Shown: in pieces, positions 23,816 to 36,689 of the stretch
How positions within the stretch are numbered: the stretch's first letter is position 1
Layout: every line of letters begins with the position of its first letter
NCBI GenBank assembly: GCA_964016885.1
Contig: OZ024745.1
Coordinates: 79,112,001 to 79,176,000, forward strand
Direction of reading: 5' to 3'
DNA length: 64,000 nt
Source of the DNA: Eledone cirrhosa
Lineage: Eukaryota
The notes under the pieces: model-generated
What the model was told of the DNA's origin: nothing
What the model saw: only the letters and a program-made list of their open reading frames with translations
The model's database searches: none
Position numbers and translations under genes: made by a program

Positions 23816-26299
23816 GAGAGAAACAAGCAAATAAAACAAAGACCTGCCATATGCCAATGAAAGGCAACTGTACTAAAAATTAAAATACTTTGCTAGAAAT
23901 AAAGCTAAGTATACCAAGTGTTCTTCAATTTGTAAGCTACGTATATATTAAAAGAGATGTTTTACTTGCATTCGATATAAATCATGAAGACAAGCTTGTT
24001 TATAAACATTTATTGAGTGGCTATCGTTAGCTTACTTGTCATTAGGAATATGCTTTTCCTTTATTACTACTGCTTGCGATATCTTGTATACAAACAGTAG
24101 TGATCACATACAGATTTTACTGATTATAAAAACAAACAAAATTCTTTTAGTTCCTGTTAAATTAAATACCGATCTCTTTGTATAGAAAGTATGATAATCT
24201 TTTTAAATAAAAAAATTTCAACTGTTGTGGAAAATTATTTCATAATCCTAAATTCTTTATAGTCATAAATATTGAGACTGTTTTAATTGAAATTTAGATA
24301 AAATGAAAGGAAGACTTTGTGAGTGCTACACAAACTGTTTGTTATAAAGCCAGAAAGTCTTTCAGCTTTGATGTTGCGTGATGCCATGGATTGTGTCTGG
24401 GAGTAGTTGACACAGGTTGGGGTGGGCATTTGAGTCAAAGTGGTGAAAGAGCGACCACTATGTATGTATATGCTAACCAAATTAATTCAAACTATCTAGC
24501 ATGGATATCTTTTTTTTCTGTCCTTACATGCTATCTCCAAGAGTTTTTTGTTGAAACAGGGAACTCTTCTGGAATATTGTCACAGACTTGGAGCTCTGCT
24601 TTTAGTACATTATAGACAGTTTCCCTTGTTTTCTCAAGCTAAGGTCACCATTGAAAAAAAAACTTGTGTGGGCATTGCTGCATTTGAGATAAAGAAGATA
24701 TAAACATATACCTTAAGGAACCTCAAATTTATTAAAGACAGTATTTTTCCCTATGGCTGTCTACTATCTCGGGAGTATTGATAATTGCCAGCACAATCCA
24801 ATACTTAACATATAATTCATCCATACTAGTTCAGGTCTTGACTACACCACAGAATTATTCAAAAAGTATGGTACTTGTTAAACTAAATGTTGATACTTTG
24901 TTGTGAAAGCTGCTTTTAGTGATGTCATACCTCTTGAGTATTCTATAGTTTCACATTTCATAGATATCTAGGATATCTGGTCAAGCTTGGTTTACCACAA
25001 AGGCCCCAAAAGTCTTTTACACCTCTCTCAAGTTTGCTTTCCAATTCAAGCATTAGCTTAAATACTTAAGTTATACTCAATGTTTTGGCTTCTAGTTTTT
25101 CAATAGTTTTTGAGAATAATTTAAGATTACAATTAAGAGGGACTAAATCTTTGATAATTCACAAGCGTTTCCTTTGTCTCCAAAGGACTTCTAAAGCACC
25201 TTGGGGCACTTCTCACCTAAGCTCTGGAAATAGCTTTTTAAGACCTTCCAACATTCAAGTATTCTGTTAATAGCTGGCAAAATGGAAAACCATCTAGTCA
25301 CAGGATACTGCAACTATCAGCCTCCACAAGTCTGCAAAACTTCATTAACTTTTTTTTTTCAGCAGAGATGCTGAAATAGTTACATACTAAGTACAATATT
25401 CTCAACATCAATTTTCTATAGCAAATTTTGTTGTATTATGAAAAATGTGAGCCAAACAGTTTGCAGCAATAGGATTATTTTGAACAATTTTCAGTTTTTG
25501 GTAAGTTGTTTTCTGTAGTTTACAGTAGCATTCTCAGCAGTGTATGCAGATACTTTATTCAGATACAGACCCGACATCTTTAGTTTAGATAGTAGCCAAT
25601 TTGTTATTTCCTCTGATGATTCATTGCTATCACTGTAAAAGTCAAGTAACATATGCTGCACTCCTTTATCAAAATGAAAATATCTTAAAAATACTGGGTA
25701 ACACTTGTATCTTTGTTTGAAGTATTAGTTGCTATTGGCAAGAGGAAAACCATGATCTTTCATGTACTCCAAACGTTTGTATAAAATACAATGCTAAAAT
25801 ATTTTCATACAAATCTTTTGCCTTTCACAATCAATCAGTCAGTGTATATTTCTTTTTTAACTTCTATTTCACAATCAACACTTCTGTATGACTGATGATG
25901 CTACACATTTAGAGTTATGTGGGAGGGAAATGTTATGGAAGTCTTGGGGTGAAAGACACCATGTAAACTGACATGTATCTTCCTGCCAGTAAGGGCCTCC
26001 AAATGGTTGCACTGTGGAGGGTTGCCCTGTATTGGCAACGAAAGTAGGGTAACTGTCTTCTAGTTATTGCCTTTATAGTAGATGCATGTATAACTGTATT
26101 CACTGTTCTCATCATGTACTTGGCTTCACCATTGACCTCTGGCAGGAGAGAAGTAATCTTCTTTGCAAAAATCTCAACCTTGGAAAGGAAGCCTGTTGTC
26201 AGTTTCAACTATTGTCAGTCAAAGACAGTTCAGACAAGGACTAACAATGTTTGTTGATGTTAAGAACACTTCAGTCTCTGAGAGACAGCTATAGTTGTC

Positions 26300-27300
26300 A
26301 ATGAAAAATTCTGAGAACTCCAGAGTAATTGGATAATGGCCCACCAGTTTCTGCACATTGGGAACAGTTCTCATCTGTTAATGCTGGTGCCCACGGAAAA
26401 AATAAGGCAGACATTCTAGCCAGGGTCAAGCCTGGTTCGAAGTGCTAAAGGATTCGGAACTGGGCTTACCTGTAATGTGTTGGCAGAATGACTCAGAGCT
26501 AAAGAGACTGCATACTGGGAGTGGGGAGAGCTGCAAATGGACAATGGCACTGCATTTCCCTCCAAGATGCTTGAAAAGTGGAATATGAACTGCTTCTTCA
26601 GAGCAGCATATAGGCCAAGTGGGAATGGGTTTGTGGAGAGACACTATTACACGATCAAGGCCATGGCATAACCAATTGAGGTAGTGTTTTGGTACAAGCC
26701 AAGGAGTCTACAGAGAGTCATATTTAATTATGAATGGCAACATCCGTAAACAGGAGCAGAGGGACCACATTCGAACAGGCTGGAGACAAAATCTGAGTCA
26801 AGCCTCCAAATATGCACTGTATGTCTCAATGGGGTAAAGGAACAGTAACAACTAAATTCCTGAAACAACGTGAAACATCATGTCTTGGATGTCTGCAGGA
26901 TTATCAATTTGTTGGACGACAACGAAGTAATAGAGGATGTAAGCAGCACCCCAACTCTGCAGAGATCACAGCAGGAGCATTAGGCACCCAGGCGGATGGT
27001 GGATTTTTCACATGGAGTGAGGTGATAAGACGATCTTTAATATGGGGGGGGGGGGGTTGTAGTCTCACCGGAAATATAAGGGCCAGAGGGTTTTGCAGGA
27101 AGAAGGAGGGCACTGTGACATCACAACAGAAAGCAGCAGCATAGTGGGCTTTCTCACCCTCTTGGTCAACGAACATTGGGAAAGGAGGATGTGTTTTTCT
27201 GCTCCGTGCACTGGGGGATACAAGGGACCATACATTTTGAAATATATTATAGAGCAGTTTTTCCCAGTTTTGTTTCTGATCATCTTTTAAAGGTTGAACA
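26300..27300 (+). mobile_element. Gypsy-like LTR retrotransposon remnant (integrase core, polypurine tract, 3' LTR)
   Basis: 26538-26672 translates MDNGTAFPS...AAYRPSGNGFVERHYYTIKAMA. A G-run PPT at ~27042-27056 is followed by a TG-starting LTR-like block. Confidence 0.7.
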
Positions 27301-28199
27301 TGTCACAGACTGGTCAGTACTCAAGCGAAGTTTGTCCTCCAAGTGGGTTGGGTTGGGGGAGGGGGGGGCAATCATACATCTACCATGTACATTTTATTGT
27401 TACACCAACATTAGGGAAATTGTCGTGTCTTTGGCAAGTTTTATATGGCTGGATGTCCTTCCAGTCACCAATCACTTTACAGTATGTTGGGTGATCGTTT
27501 ATCATGTAGATCACCAACACTAGGAAGATTGTTATGTCTATGGCACAGCTAAAGAGTCCTCCCTTTCCTTTGTTTGGCAAGTTTTTATGAATAAATTCTC
27601 TCCATTAAACCAGGTTTTGCTTCATTAAAATTAGGCTGTGAGGGATTATCTGTAAAATATAGGTATGGATTATGCGACTTTGGGAAATCGTATAACAGTT
27701 CCATTGATCGAGATACGTAAACAAGCCTTTCGTTTTGTTGTACTAGCTGGTCTGCATATTTTGAAGTTCAGAAATGGAAAGAGAATTTGTTTGCTTTTTC
27801 AAACTAAGTACTAATATTTTATTCTAAAGTGAACAACAATCATCTTAAAATCTCATTCCTTGATTTTGCGCACGAGATATAAATCTGAATGCAAAAGCAA
27901 AACTTAATCCGTTATAACAGAGTGCACAAGAGAGCAAAGTTAAATTAGGTTTTTTTTTTCTTTGCTTTTTATTTTTTTCTGTTTGTCTTGTAGGATGTAA
28001 AAACAAGGTATGCCATAAGAGTTAGTTTAGAATACACGTCGCAGATTAGAGAACAAGTGCACGTATCAAGCGAAAGTTATATAAACAAAAACCAACGCTA
28101 GGCAATAAACACAAAGATCACGAATCCCATAATTATTTATTTTAATCATTAAGACTACGCAATTGTCAATTGAGCAAGTTGTAAACATCTTTATACATT

Positions 28200-28385
28200 A
28201 ATAATTGTTTCTACTTTAGGCACAAGGCCAGCAATTAACCAGTGCATTACTGGTACTTTATTTTATCGACCCCGTAAGGATGAAAGGCAAAGTTAACCTC
28301 GGCCTGATTTGAACTCAGACCATAAAGGACCGTAACTCTATGCTGCAAAGCATGGTGTCCGACTCTCTACCAATACAGCCAATCC
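28200..28385 (-). mobile_element. Family-A SINE with TSD ACATTAATAAT
   Basis: Full SINE core on the minus strand; direct repeats at ~28195 and ~28386. Confidence 0.88.
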
Positions 28386-28744
28386 ACATTAATAATGCAG
28401 TTTAATTTCAATAATCTGGTCTAGTTTGAATGCAAGTGTGCCTAGGTGTAAGTAATTCGGTGTTTTAGTTATTAAGCTACTATTATCCAAAGGATATATT
28501 TCCTTATATTCAAACCAAACGTGGATACAAGATTTAAAAATAAAAGCCCTAGTTGAGACGTCCCACCTTTTCCCTGGTTTAAGAGATCTTATCCTTTCAC
28601 GTTTACATTCATATAAAGAGCATCCATTTTATAGCTTTTTCTTTTAAACAGTTTTACGAAATATCATCAACCGAGTCGAAAAGAAGCACAAAAAGTACAT
28701 AACTAACCCAGTCATCATGCAATTATCGCTAATGTGGAAAAATA

Positions 28745-28753
28745 AATTACCTC
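28745..28753 (-). other. PAIP2: Candidate splice donor of a non-coding PAIP2 first exon
   Basis: GAG|GTAATT on the minus strand in a CpG-richer unique region. PAIP2 needs an upstream exon because its ATG exon starts with an acceptor. An alternative donor TCG|GTAAGC lies at 31841-31849. Confidence 0.3.
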
Positions 28754-30356
28754 ATTACACCTGGTGTTTGTGTTTAAAATTTTTTTTTTTAAGAAAGTAA
28801 AGTAAAACACTAAGTATATTAATTACAAACTGAAGACCAGTCACACACATACATATAATTACTTATCTGAACCGAATGGTTCAGTTCGTTTCGTAATCAT
28901 TAGGTCCCAAGTTCGATCCCAATGCGTGGCATCTTCAACATACGTAAATGTTTAGAAGTTTGTTGGATGGACTGTATCTGTAATTCTAAAGAACAGCCTC
29001 AAATCTTGAGAATTACGTGTACAAGTGTACACGTGTCTGTGGAAGGCTCAGCCACATGCACGTTAATTTCACGAGCAGGTTGTTCCATACCTATTGTATA
29101 TATATTACAGTATTGTGCTGTGGCACAAAAACTAAATACAAAAGTTATATTTATTGGAAACTGAAGATTTCACAAACCGTTACTCAAGGTCCTTTTTTTC
29201 TCTCTTCCCCAAAGAAAAATAGTAAAGCAGCAATGTTAGATTTATTTCATTCTTGGAAAGCGTCCTAGAAAATTGTGATGTCACCAGTTTCAATCGAAAC
29301 CCTATGTCACCTACCCTTGGTGAAGATGTGAGCATCATATTTTTCAAATTCTGAAGTAAAATATTTGTGCTTTGAAACTTTAAATACAAGCTAAATTTAA
29401 ATTTTAAAAAAAAAAGGGGGGGGGGGGGGGAAATGAATTATAAAGTGGCACCTTTCTCGACAACAGAGATCGACTTTAATATGTTTTGTTGTTACTAAAT
29501 TTCCCACCCCAAATTCAAATATAAAAATAAATAAAAAAGAGAAAATAAATATGGTATAAAAAAAAAAAAATCAAATACTTTCTGATTTAAAATCCCATTT
29601 CGAGAATGATGCTGATTGAAAAAGATTTTAGGGTGTTCATATCCCAAATGGGATTTGAAACGAGTTGCACTTTACGATGTTGGTCAATGGAAGGGTTAAA
29701 GTATAGAAGGTAATAAGCGTATCAACAATTTAGTTATATCTATTGTTCAGCGAATTAAACTAAAATGAGCAATAATAACTAGTCGAAAGCAACATACATA
29801 TGAAAATGGGAACGTTAAATAGCGGGCTTATTAAATGCCTTTATAAGATTGATGATCAATGGCAAAATAATAAGCTTAGCTCCGGTGTGTATACACACTC
29901 GCTGTTCGTAAATAAGGTCCGACTTATTCTAAATGTAGCTGAATTATTTTATTAAATCGCCACCCGATTATTCTGTACTTATAAACCATCGAAGTGGACT
30001 ATCATTTCAGCTGGGAAGAAAAACTGTAGATTTTTTTAATGAATAATTAAAGTTAATGATTAGTGACAAACTAAATATTAACTTAGCTTAGGTCATTCGG
30101 ATATGTTTTATTTGTTAGCGCCGAATGAATTTAAGGCTTTGAACTTTGCTTAAAAGATGCATAAATTTTGAGAATGGAATGTTGTGGCGTTTATGCTTTT
30201 CCAAAAGCATTATCGACGCAAGTGTGACGATTTTAACTTTAAATCGAAACCGGACTGCTGGTTGTATGCAGAGGACATACATACATGCATACACAATTCG
30301 ACAGTTTCTTTACCTAGCTTGAAAATTTGAACAGAAATGTGACGTTGTGATGAAGT

Positions 30357-30550
30357 AATAATAATAATAATCGTTTCTACTTTTGGCACAAGGCCAGCAA
30401 TTATCCCAGTGCATTACTGGTACTTTATTTTATCGATCTCGTAAGGATGAAAGGCAAAGTGAACCCCGGCGGGATTTGAACTCAGACTGTAAAGGGCCGT
30501 AACTCTATACTGCAAAGCATGGCGTCCGAACCTCTACCGATACTGCCAGT
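30357..30550 (-). mobile_element. Family-A SINE
   Basis: Conserved core and (AAT)n tail. Confidence 0.88.
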
Positions 30551-31959
30551 AACAATGATTAATATTTGAAGCAGGTATATATATAGGATATCTAAACATT
30601 ATAAACAGGATATTAGGGGTATTATATTAATGCCTTTCCCCGAGGGCATTAGTTATTCAAGTTGGTGTTTCTTTTAGTAGTTGGAAAAATTGGAGATTAT
30701 TGATGGAGAAAGGGAGTTCGTGATTTTTTTTTTTTTTCTAAAGACATGACTTTTTCGTGTTTTTCAAATAGATATTCAATGTTTTTTGTTTTTTTTTATT
30801 CAATGGTTGTTAGCTTATTTTGTTGGGATATTGAAATTCTTCGTTAAAAAAATTAACCTGCAAACAGCTTTTAGGTTTTGTATGCAAAACTTAAGGATTA
30901 CCAACGAATGTGACAATAGTAATTAAAAAAAAAAAGAAGCCAACTCCTTATATAGAAATATTTGCTACTGATAGAAAACGGAGTCGTATTATACTCGCAC
31001 CAAATGTTACCACTTTCGGGCCCCAAAATTACAAATAAAACAATATATTTTAAAGCCTAAAAATGAAATGGAGTAGGATTATTTTTGTAACATTTCATTA
31101 TTTCTTGTTTATTTTTTAATCATTCCATTAATTAAACAGAATTTTTTAACTATTAGATTTAAAATTTTTATTTTTATTATTTTTTTAAAGAAAGAATAAA
31201 GAATGCGGTGCTTCGCATGTGTAAACATTTACTACTCTTCAATGATGGTGCACATTTCTGCTAATCAAAACCCTAGTTAAAAACAAACGAATTCAAAGCA
31301 TACTATAAGCAAGAGGGGGAAACAAATATACTGCGAATTCAATGTTTTGTTTAAGTTAGTATCAAGAGTTTATGCTATATTTATTCCTACAATGTATTTA
31401 AAATGTGTGTTGGTCAGATTCATGCTTATGGGTATGCATGCAGAGTATAATATATATACATTATACACCTACATTATATATATATATATAAGCTTACAAA
31501 TGCTACACACACCCGATATAAAATAAATAAATAGATATCTTGAGAGTGTTGGTAGTGGTTGGCTTTATGTCCCGAAAGTAGTAGTAACATTTGCTGCAAG
31601 TAAATTACAACCATCTTTCACCAAGAGATAAATATTTCGGTCTAAAGATTCGTTGGTCATACCATTTAAAATCCAACCAGTAATTCTCACCTTAGCATTC
31701 TATTTTCTAAGGTTATCGTTGAGCAGTTTTGTATATGCTTTAGACTGTATGGAATAATAATATTAGAGTCGAAACAGCTAGTATAAGAGGTTAAAGTTAT
31801 GCAAGATGAAGAGAGTAATAAACAAGGGTTTGATTTAAAAGCTTACCGACATACGGAGCTGGTGAATTGAACACTTCTGTTACTGGTCTGGTTGTCTAGA
31901 GTGTTAATGGTGCTTAGACTGTGGTGATACTACCGTGGTAATGATTAAGGAGGAGCTAG

Positions 31960-32340
31960 CTACTGAATGTTGTTATTGTTCTACTGGTGGTGGTTGTGCT
32001 CCGGAGTGTTCAGTTAGTGGTGATGACTGGAAGGGGGAGTCGTAGAACTAGTAATAATGATAGTGTCGGGTAAGGGGATGTCTGCGGTAGTGGTAGTATT
32101 AGTAGATGAAAGTGTACTATTGGTGGTTATGGTGACAATAAATATTAGCGAGACAGTGTAGTAATGATGATAGCGAAGTAGTAATATTGGTGGTGATAGT
32201 GAGAAAAATAGCAACAATGGTGGTGATGATAGTGATGATGGTCGTCGTTATAGTTTTAAAAGTAGTATAATGGATTGGTAATGATAATGGTGGCAGTGGT
32301 AATAATAGTATTGATGAGAGTTCTAATGACAATATTGATG
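31960..32340. repeat. Degenerate (RGT/GAT)n trinucleotide low-complexity tract
   Basis: GGT/AGT/GAT/AAT repeats. Confidence 0.8.
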
Positions 32341-33169
32341 TTGGTGAAAATTAGTATTTAGTTTCATCTCTCTACGTTCTGAGTTCAAATCCAGTATTGA
32401 TCGACGCTACCTTTCATTGCCCTGGGGTCGATAAAATAAATACCAGTCATGTACTGGAATTTATTTTCAATCAGTTTTCACCCCACATTAACAAAGTGGG
32501 TGGGTACTGGGCCAATAAAATAATGAATATTTCATTAGAGTAAAGAAGAGCCGTCGAACAGGGGACAAGTCTCTTCTTGAACTTTACTTATGCAGCTAAT
32601 GTGTTTAAGAAACACATAAACACCAGTACTTACTATCTGTTCACCTCTAATTTCTTTTCCAATAAATATATAAATTTATTTAAAATATAAGGATTTGTGC
32701 ATAATCAAAGCGAAATCTTTATTAAACCAACTATCTATGAAAACGATTATGAAGAAGGGGAGAGTAGGGAGAATTGGGTGAGATGATGATGATAACAATG
32801 TCGAAGACAACGATGATGATGGTAAAATAAAAGTTTGTAACGAGATAACGGTGGTGACATCAATTGTATAAATGAAAACCGTATTGAAACATTAATGGAT
32901 GGTTTATCACAAAAAATAACTATGAAACGAGGAATATAGAAAAAAAGTATGATTATATGCTTTTCTGGGGAAGCCTAAGATCGAAGTACGTCTGTTGCTT
33001 TCGTTAGTTGGCGTTAAAGACTGGCATCCAAAAATTCGTTGGGATTAATTATTTCACTTGTTTTTCAATTCACTATATTGTATCTGTGAGACATGCGTAT
33101 TTTGTATACAGTTCGATCTTTGTTGGCAGGGAAAGCGGACGTTAAACGATGATGATGACCATTCCAGTA

Positions 33170-33843
33170 GTTCTTAAGTTGCCACTTACTGTCTGCTAGC
33201 ATCAAATACTCAGAAGACTGGGTCGATGTCCTACCCATGGCTAACATCGGTGGCCTACTCAGGTTGGATGAGCTTCGTGTAAGGGTCTGAAATGTTGGTG
33301 TGGTAGGCTCCTCGACTACTCAGGCATTCAATGGTCTATCTTGCCGTCTGAATGCCGTTCGCTTCGCGCGTCACACTGAGCTAAACCTCATTATTAAGAG
33401 AGCTTTGGCCTGGGCAAACATCCCTTCAATTTTGGAACCGTCTGGGTTGTCCAGAATTGATGGGAAAAGGCCTGACGGTCTTACCCTGTGCCCCTGGATA
33501 CGAAGCAGGTGTCTTATCTGGGACGTCACAGTTAGTGACTCTTTTGCTTCTTCCCACATCCTGGATGCTGCAGATAGGGCGAGAGCTACAGCTTCTTGTA
33601 GCCGAACAGAACAAAATTCTGAAATACCAAGATCTGTCAGTTAACTACCTTTTCCAGCCTGTGGCGTTCGAGACGTTTGGGGGAGTTGGGCCGCTAACTG
33701 CGAGGTTCTTGTCATCACTGGAGGCTCGCCTAACCGAGGTAACTGGTGATGCTCGTGAAGGTGCTTGGTTGTTCCAGTGCATCAGCCTCGCCATCATCCA
33801 ATGTAATGGCGCAAGTATGTTGACTGGCCTAAAAAATTATTAG
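33170..33843 (+). mobile_element. 3' end of a non-LTR retrotransposon with a restriction-like endonuclease (CRE-like)
   Basis: LSC...RH..LN.IIKRAL...EP.GL...DGKRPDG....W.....WDVT, then across one frameshift KY..L...Y.FQPVAFETFG...FQ.IS.AI...N. Confidence 0.85.
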
Positions 33844-35109
33844 AGAAGTTTTCCAGTGCTCTTCGCGATATAGTTATCTTTTGTTTAGGCGGCAGTTCAT
33901 TGTCCACCCCTTTCACTTACCTTTTGTTGTATGTGGTCCAAGATGTGTGTATTACTTGCTTCTGTGTTTTTTTTCTTTAATCCTTTTTCTTTTTTATTTA
34001 TATTATTTATACAATTGGGAATAAACTTAAATACCATATGTATTTTATAAAACCAAATGTAGGTGGTCATAGATACTTTGCCAGTGTCATTACATTGCCC
34101 CATTTCGTAGACATAGCATAGTTGTATGGTTAAGTAGTTCGCTTTGCAATTATAAGTTTTTATGTTCAGTCCCACTTGGTTGCATCTTAGGAAAGTGTCA
34201 TATACCTTAGGTTCCGGTTGACCCAAACCTTATGAGTGAAATTGGGGAGATGGAAATTGCTTGGAAATCAATCGGATGGATTGTACCTGTAATCGAAAAG
34301 GGCAGCTTTGTTGTGCTGAATCCCTCTGAGAATTACGTTAAGGACACATGTAGTGGTGTTGGTCATGTAGGAGCCACAGCAAAAAGCACCCAGCACACAC
34401 TGTAAATGTGGTTGGAATTAGGAAGGGCATCCAGCTGTAGAAGCCTAGTCAGGAACAGTCCTATATGAATAAGACACGGTCACCTGACCCAACTTACCTC
34501 AAATGAGACGACCTGTTTAACCTATGCTAGAGTGGAAAATAGACATTAAACGATGATGATGATATATATGAAGCAACGTTTTATTTGTTGTAGAAGAAAT
34601 GACGAACACAACAAATACCAACAATTCTGGTTTAATATATATCTTTACTTCACTTCAGCAAAAAAGGAAAAAATATGATTACTTCGAATTGTCAATATAA
34701 TATTTGATTATAGTGTTCTCAAATGAATATAGTGTTTAGTAAAGCTTCGGTGTTGTGCAGAAGTCTTTTATTTACCATGTGACAAGTTGTAGTCGGCAAT
34801 ATGTAGCTAGCTGATATAGCAGTAAACCGTATATATATATATATATCCAGGCTGTGTTGTACAGGCGAAAAGGCAGTGGACTGAGTGATGCTAGGTCCAC
34901 ACAACAGCCTATTTATAATGACCACTAGTTATTTTATTGATAGATGACAGATGGCCCCAGATAATGTTCTCCTTCATACCCCTGGTGCCATAAATCCTAC
35001 CATCAGGGAAAATTTTCTATTGTCTTCCCTGTGAGGTCACAGGTCACTCACTTGGTGGCCTTGGGAAAACATTTATTTTGCTATACACACACACATATAT
35101 ATAAATATA

Positions 35110-35385
35110 TATTGTTGGTTAAAGTCTTTTCTAACCCAAGGGCTCATCATACCAATGCTTATCCCCTTTTTCCTTGGCGCTAAGCGACTGAGAGTACAAG
35201 GGTCTCCCTGGACAGGACACAGGTCTATTGCAGGATTAACTTCCCAGCTTCTGCTGGTACTCACACTCAACTGAGTGCTTAGGGTTTAACTTAAGAACAC
35301 AACACAGTACATTCTCCAGGAATCGAACTGATAACATTATGATTGTAAGTCCAACATACTAACCATTAGGTCATGTGGCTTCACT
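35110..35385 (-). mobile_element. tRNA-derived SINE (second family; a plus-strand copy lies at ~50145-50430)
   Basis: Box-B-like GTTCGATTCC on the minus strand; shares the CCTGTCCAGGGAGA and GAAACTAGGATAAGC-type tail with the 50.2-kb copy. Confidence 0.65.
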
Positions 35386-35392
35386 ATATATA

Positions 35393-35741
35393 AGCAGAAT
35401 GGATATTCAATTTGTTGGTAATTCAACAAATATAAATGTTTATAACTGATTCAGAGCACTCGACAAGTTTTCTGGAGTATAATATTCAATGATATTAAAT
35501 AAATGGAAACTATATTTTTAAAACCATATTTATTCTATTATATATATTTCAAGGGTACCAAAAGCTTTGGTACGCGTTCATCAGATAAAATACAAAGCGT
35601 GTTTTATAAATTTTGACATAGCCAAGGAACATACCTTAACGGTTGAAATTTTCCTTGGATAGATACACTTTGTATTTTATTTGATGAAAGCGTACCAAAG
35701 CTTTTGGTATCCTTGAAATATAGTTTCCATTTATTTAATAT

Positions 35742-35748
<7 letters not shown>
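35393..35748 (-). mobile_element. Penelope-like palindromic element (same family as 4599 and 6525)
   Basis: Tail 35393-35485 followed by imperfect inverted arms. The plus-strand mirror hammerhead is damaged (TTGATGA at 35681 and a deletion). Confidence 0.75.
35531..35592 (-). ncRNA. Minimal type I hammerhead ribozyme motif
   Basis: Minus strand reads TATTTTAT-CTGATGA-ACGCGTACCAAAGCTTTTGGTACCCTT-GAAA-TATATA-TA-ATAGAATA. Confidence 0.7.
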
Positions 35749-35804
<56 letters not shown>

Positions 35805-35821
35805 TATATATACATATATAT

Positions 35822-35945
35822 AAATATATTACACAAAGAGAAGTGTGTTACACAGTGAGATGTGTGTAAAGAATTATTACAAGTGAGTAATAATTCTTTA
35901 CACACATCTCACTGTGTAACACACTTCTCTTTGTGTAATATATTT
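35822..35945. repeat. Perfect hairpin, 59-bp arms with a 6-nt loop, in (TA)n
   Basis: 35822-35880 is the reverse complement of 35887-35945. Confidence 0.9.
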
Positions 35946-36174
35946 GTATTTGAGCTCAGAAGAAAATTCTCTATTCTTCTTTGAGCTAATATTATTATTA
36001 TTACTGTGAACTGCGGAATACTCTTAATTCCGATCCTTGTATATATATATATATATATATGCTTCCAGTTCCTTAGAGGTCTAACAACACACCCAGGAGC
36101 TGGACATATCAACAAATTAACACAGTAAAATCCATTACAACATCATGTTTTTCTATTTTTTTCTGTTTAAATTC

Positions 36175-36238
36175 TTACTGCCTGATGAGGTCATAGCTGT
36201 TGAATAATGGCTATCACTGAAATATATATAGCAGCGAA
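36175..36238 (+). ncRNA. Minimal type I hammerhead ribozyme motif (different family)
   Basis: Stem I CTGC/GCAG; CTGATGA at 36182-36188; stem II GGT-ATAGCTGTT/AATGGCTAT-ACT; GAAA at 36219-36222; TATATA-TA. Confidence 0.72.
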
Positions 36239-36689
36239 TGTGAATAAATGAAGCCAACTTTACCCTGTTGACTTACACTTCTTATTTTTATATATATATT
36301 GTAGTAATACCTAAAATGTTATTATTCAAAGGCCTTTAAGCTAATAAAAAAGATAAATATAAATATAACAATATCTGTTTCAACACATGATTTCATATAA
36401 AAAAAACCTTGCAAAACAAATACATCGCAACTATAACAATATGGCAATCTAGAATATAACAACTCAACTAGAAATATAACATGCCCCCCTCCCCCCTGTG
36501 CTTTCGAATGGGAATTGTCTTTTGTGTTTTTTTTTAGCAATTCATTCAATTGACTGAGAATTAAAGTTCGTAGTCTGACAAATAACCCGCTTTTTTTTTT
36601 ATTGTCTAGCTTCGCTGGGTTGTTGTTGTGTTCTTTGGTATATCCCATATGCTTGGAACTTTAATGGCTTCTAATCTTTTCAATGAGAC

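Noticed and set aside
35671-35725. Plus-strand mirror hammerhead
   Set aside because: The core is mutated to TTGATGA and the 3' half of stem I is deleted.
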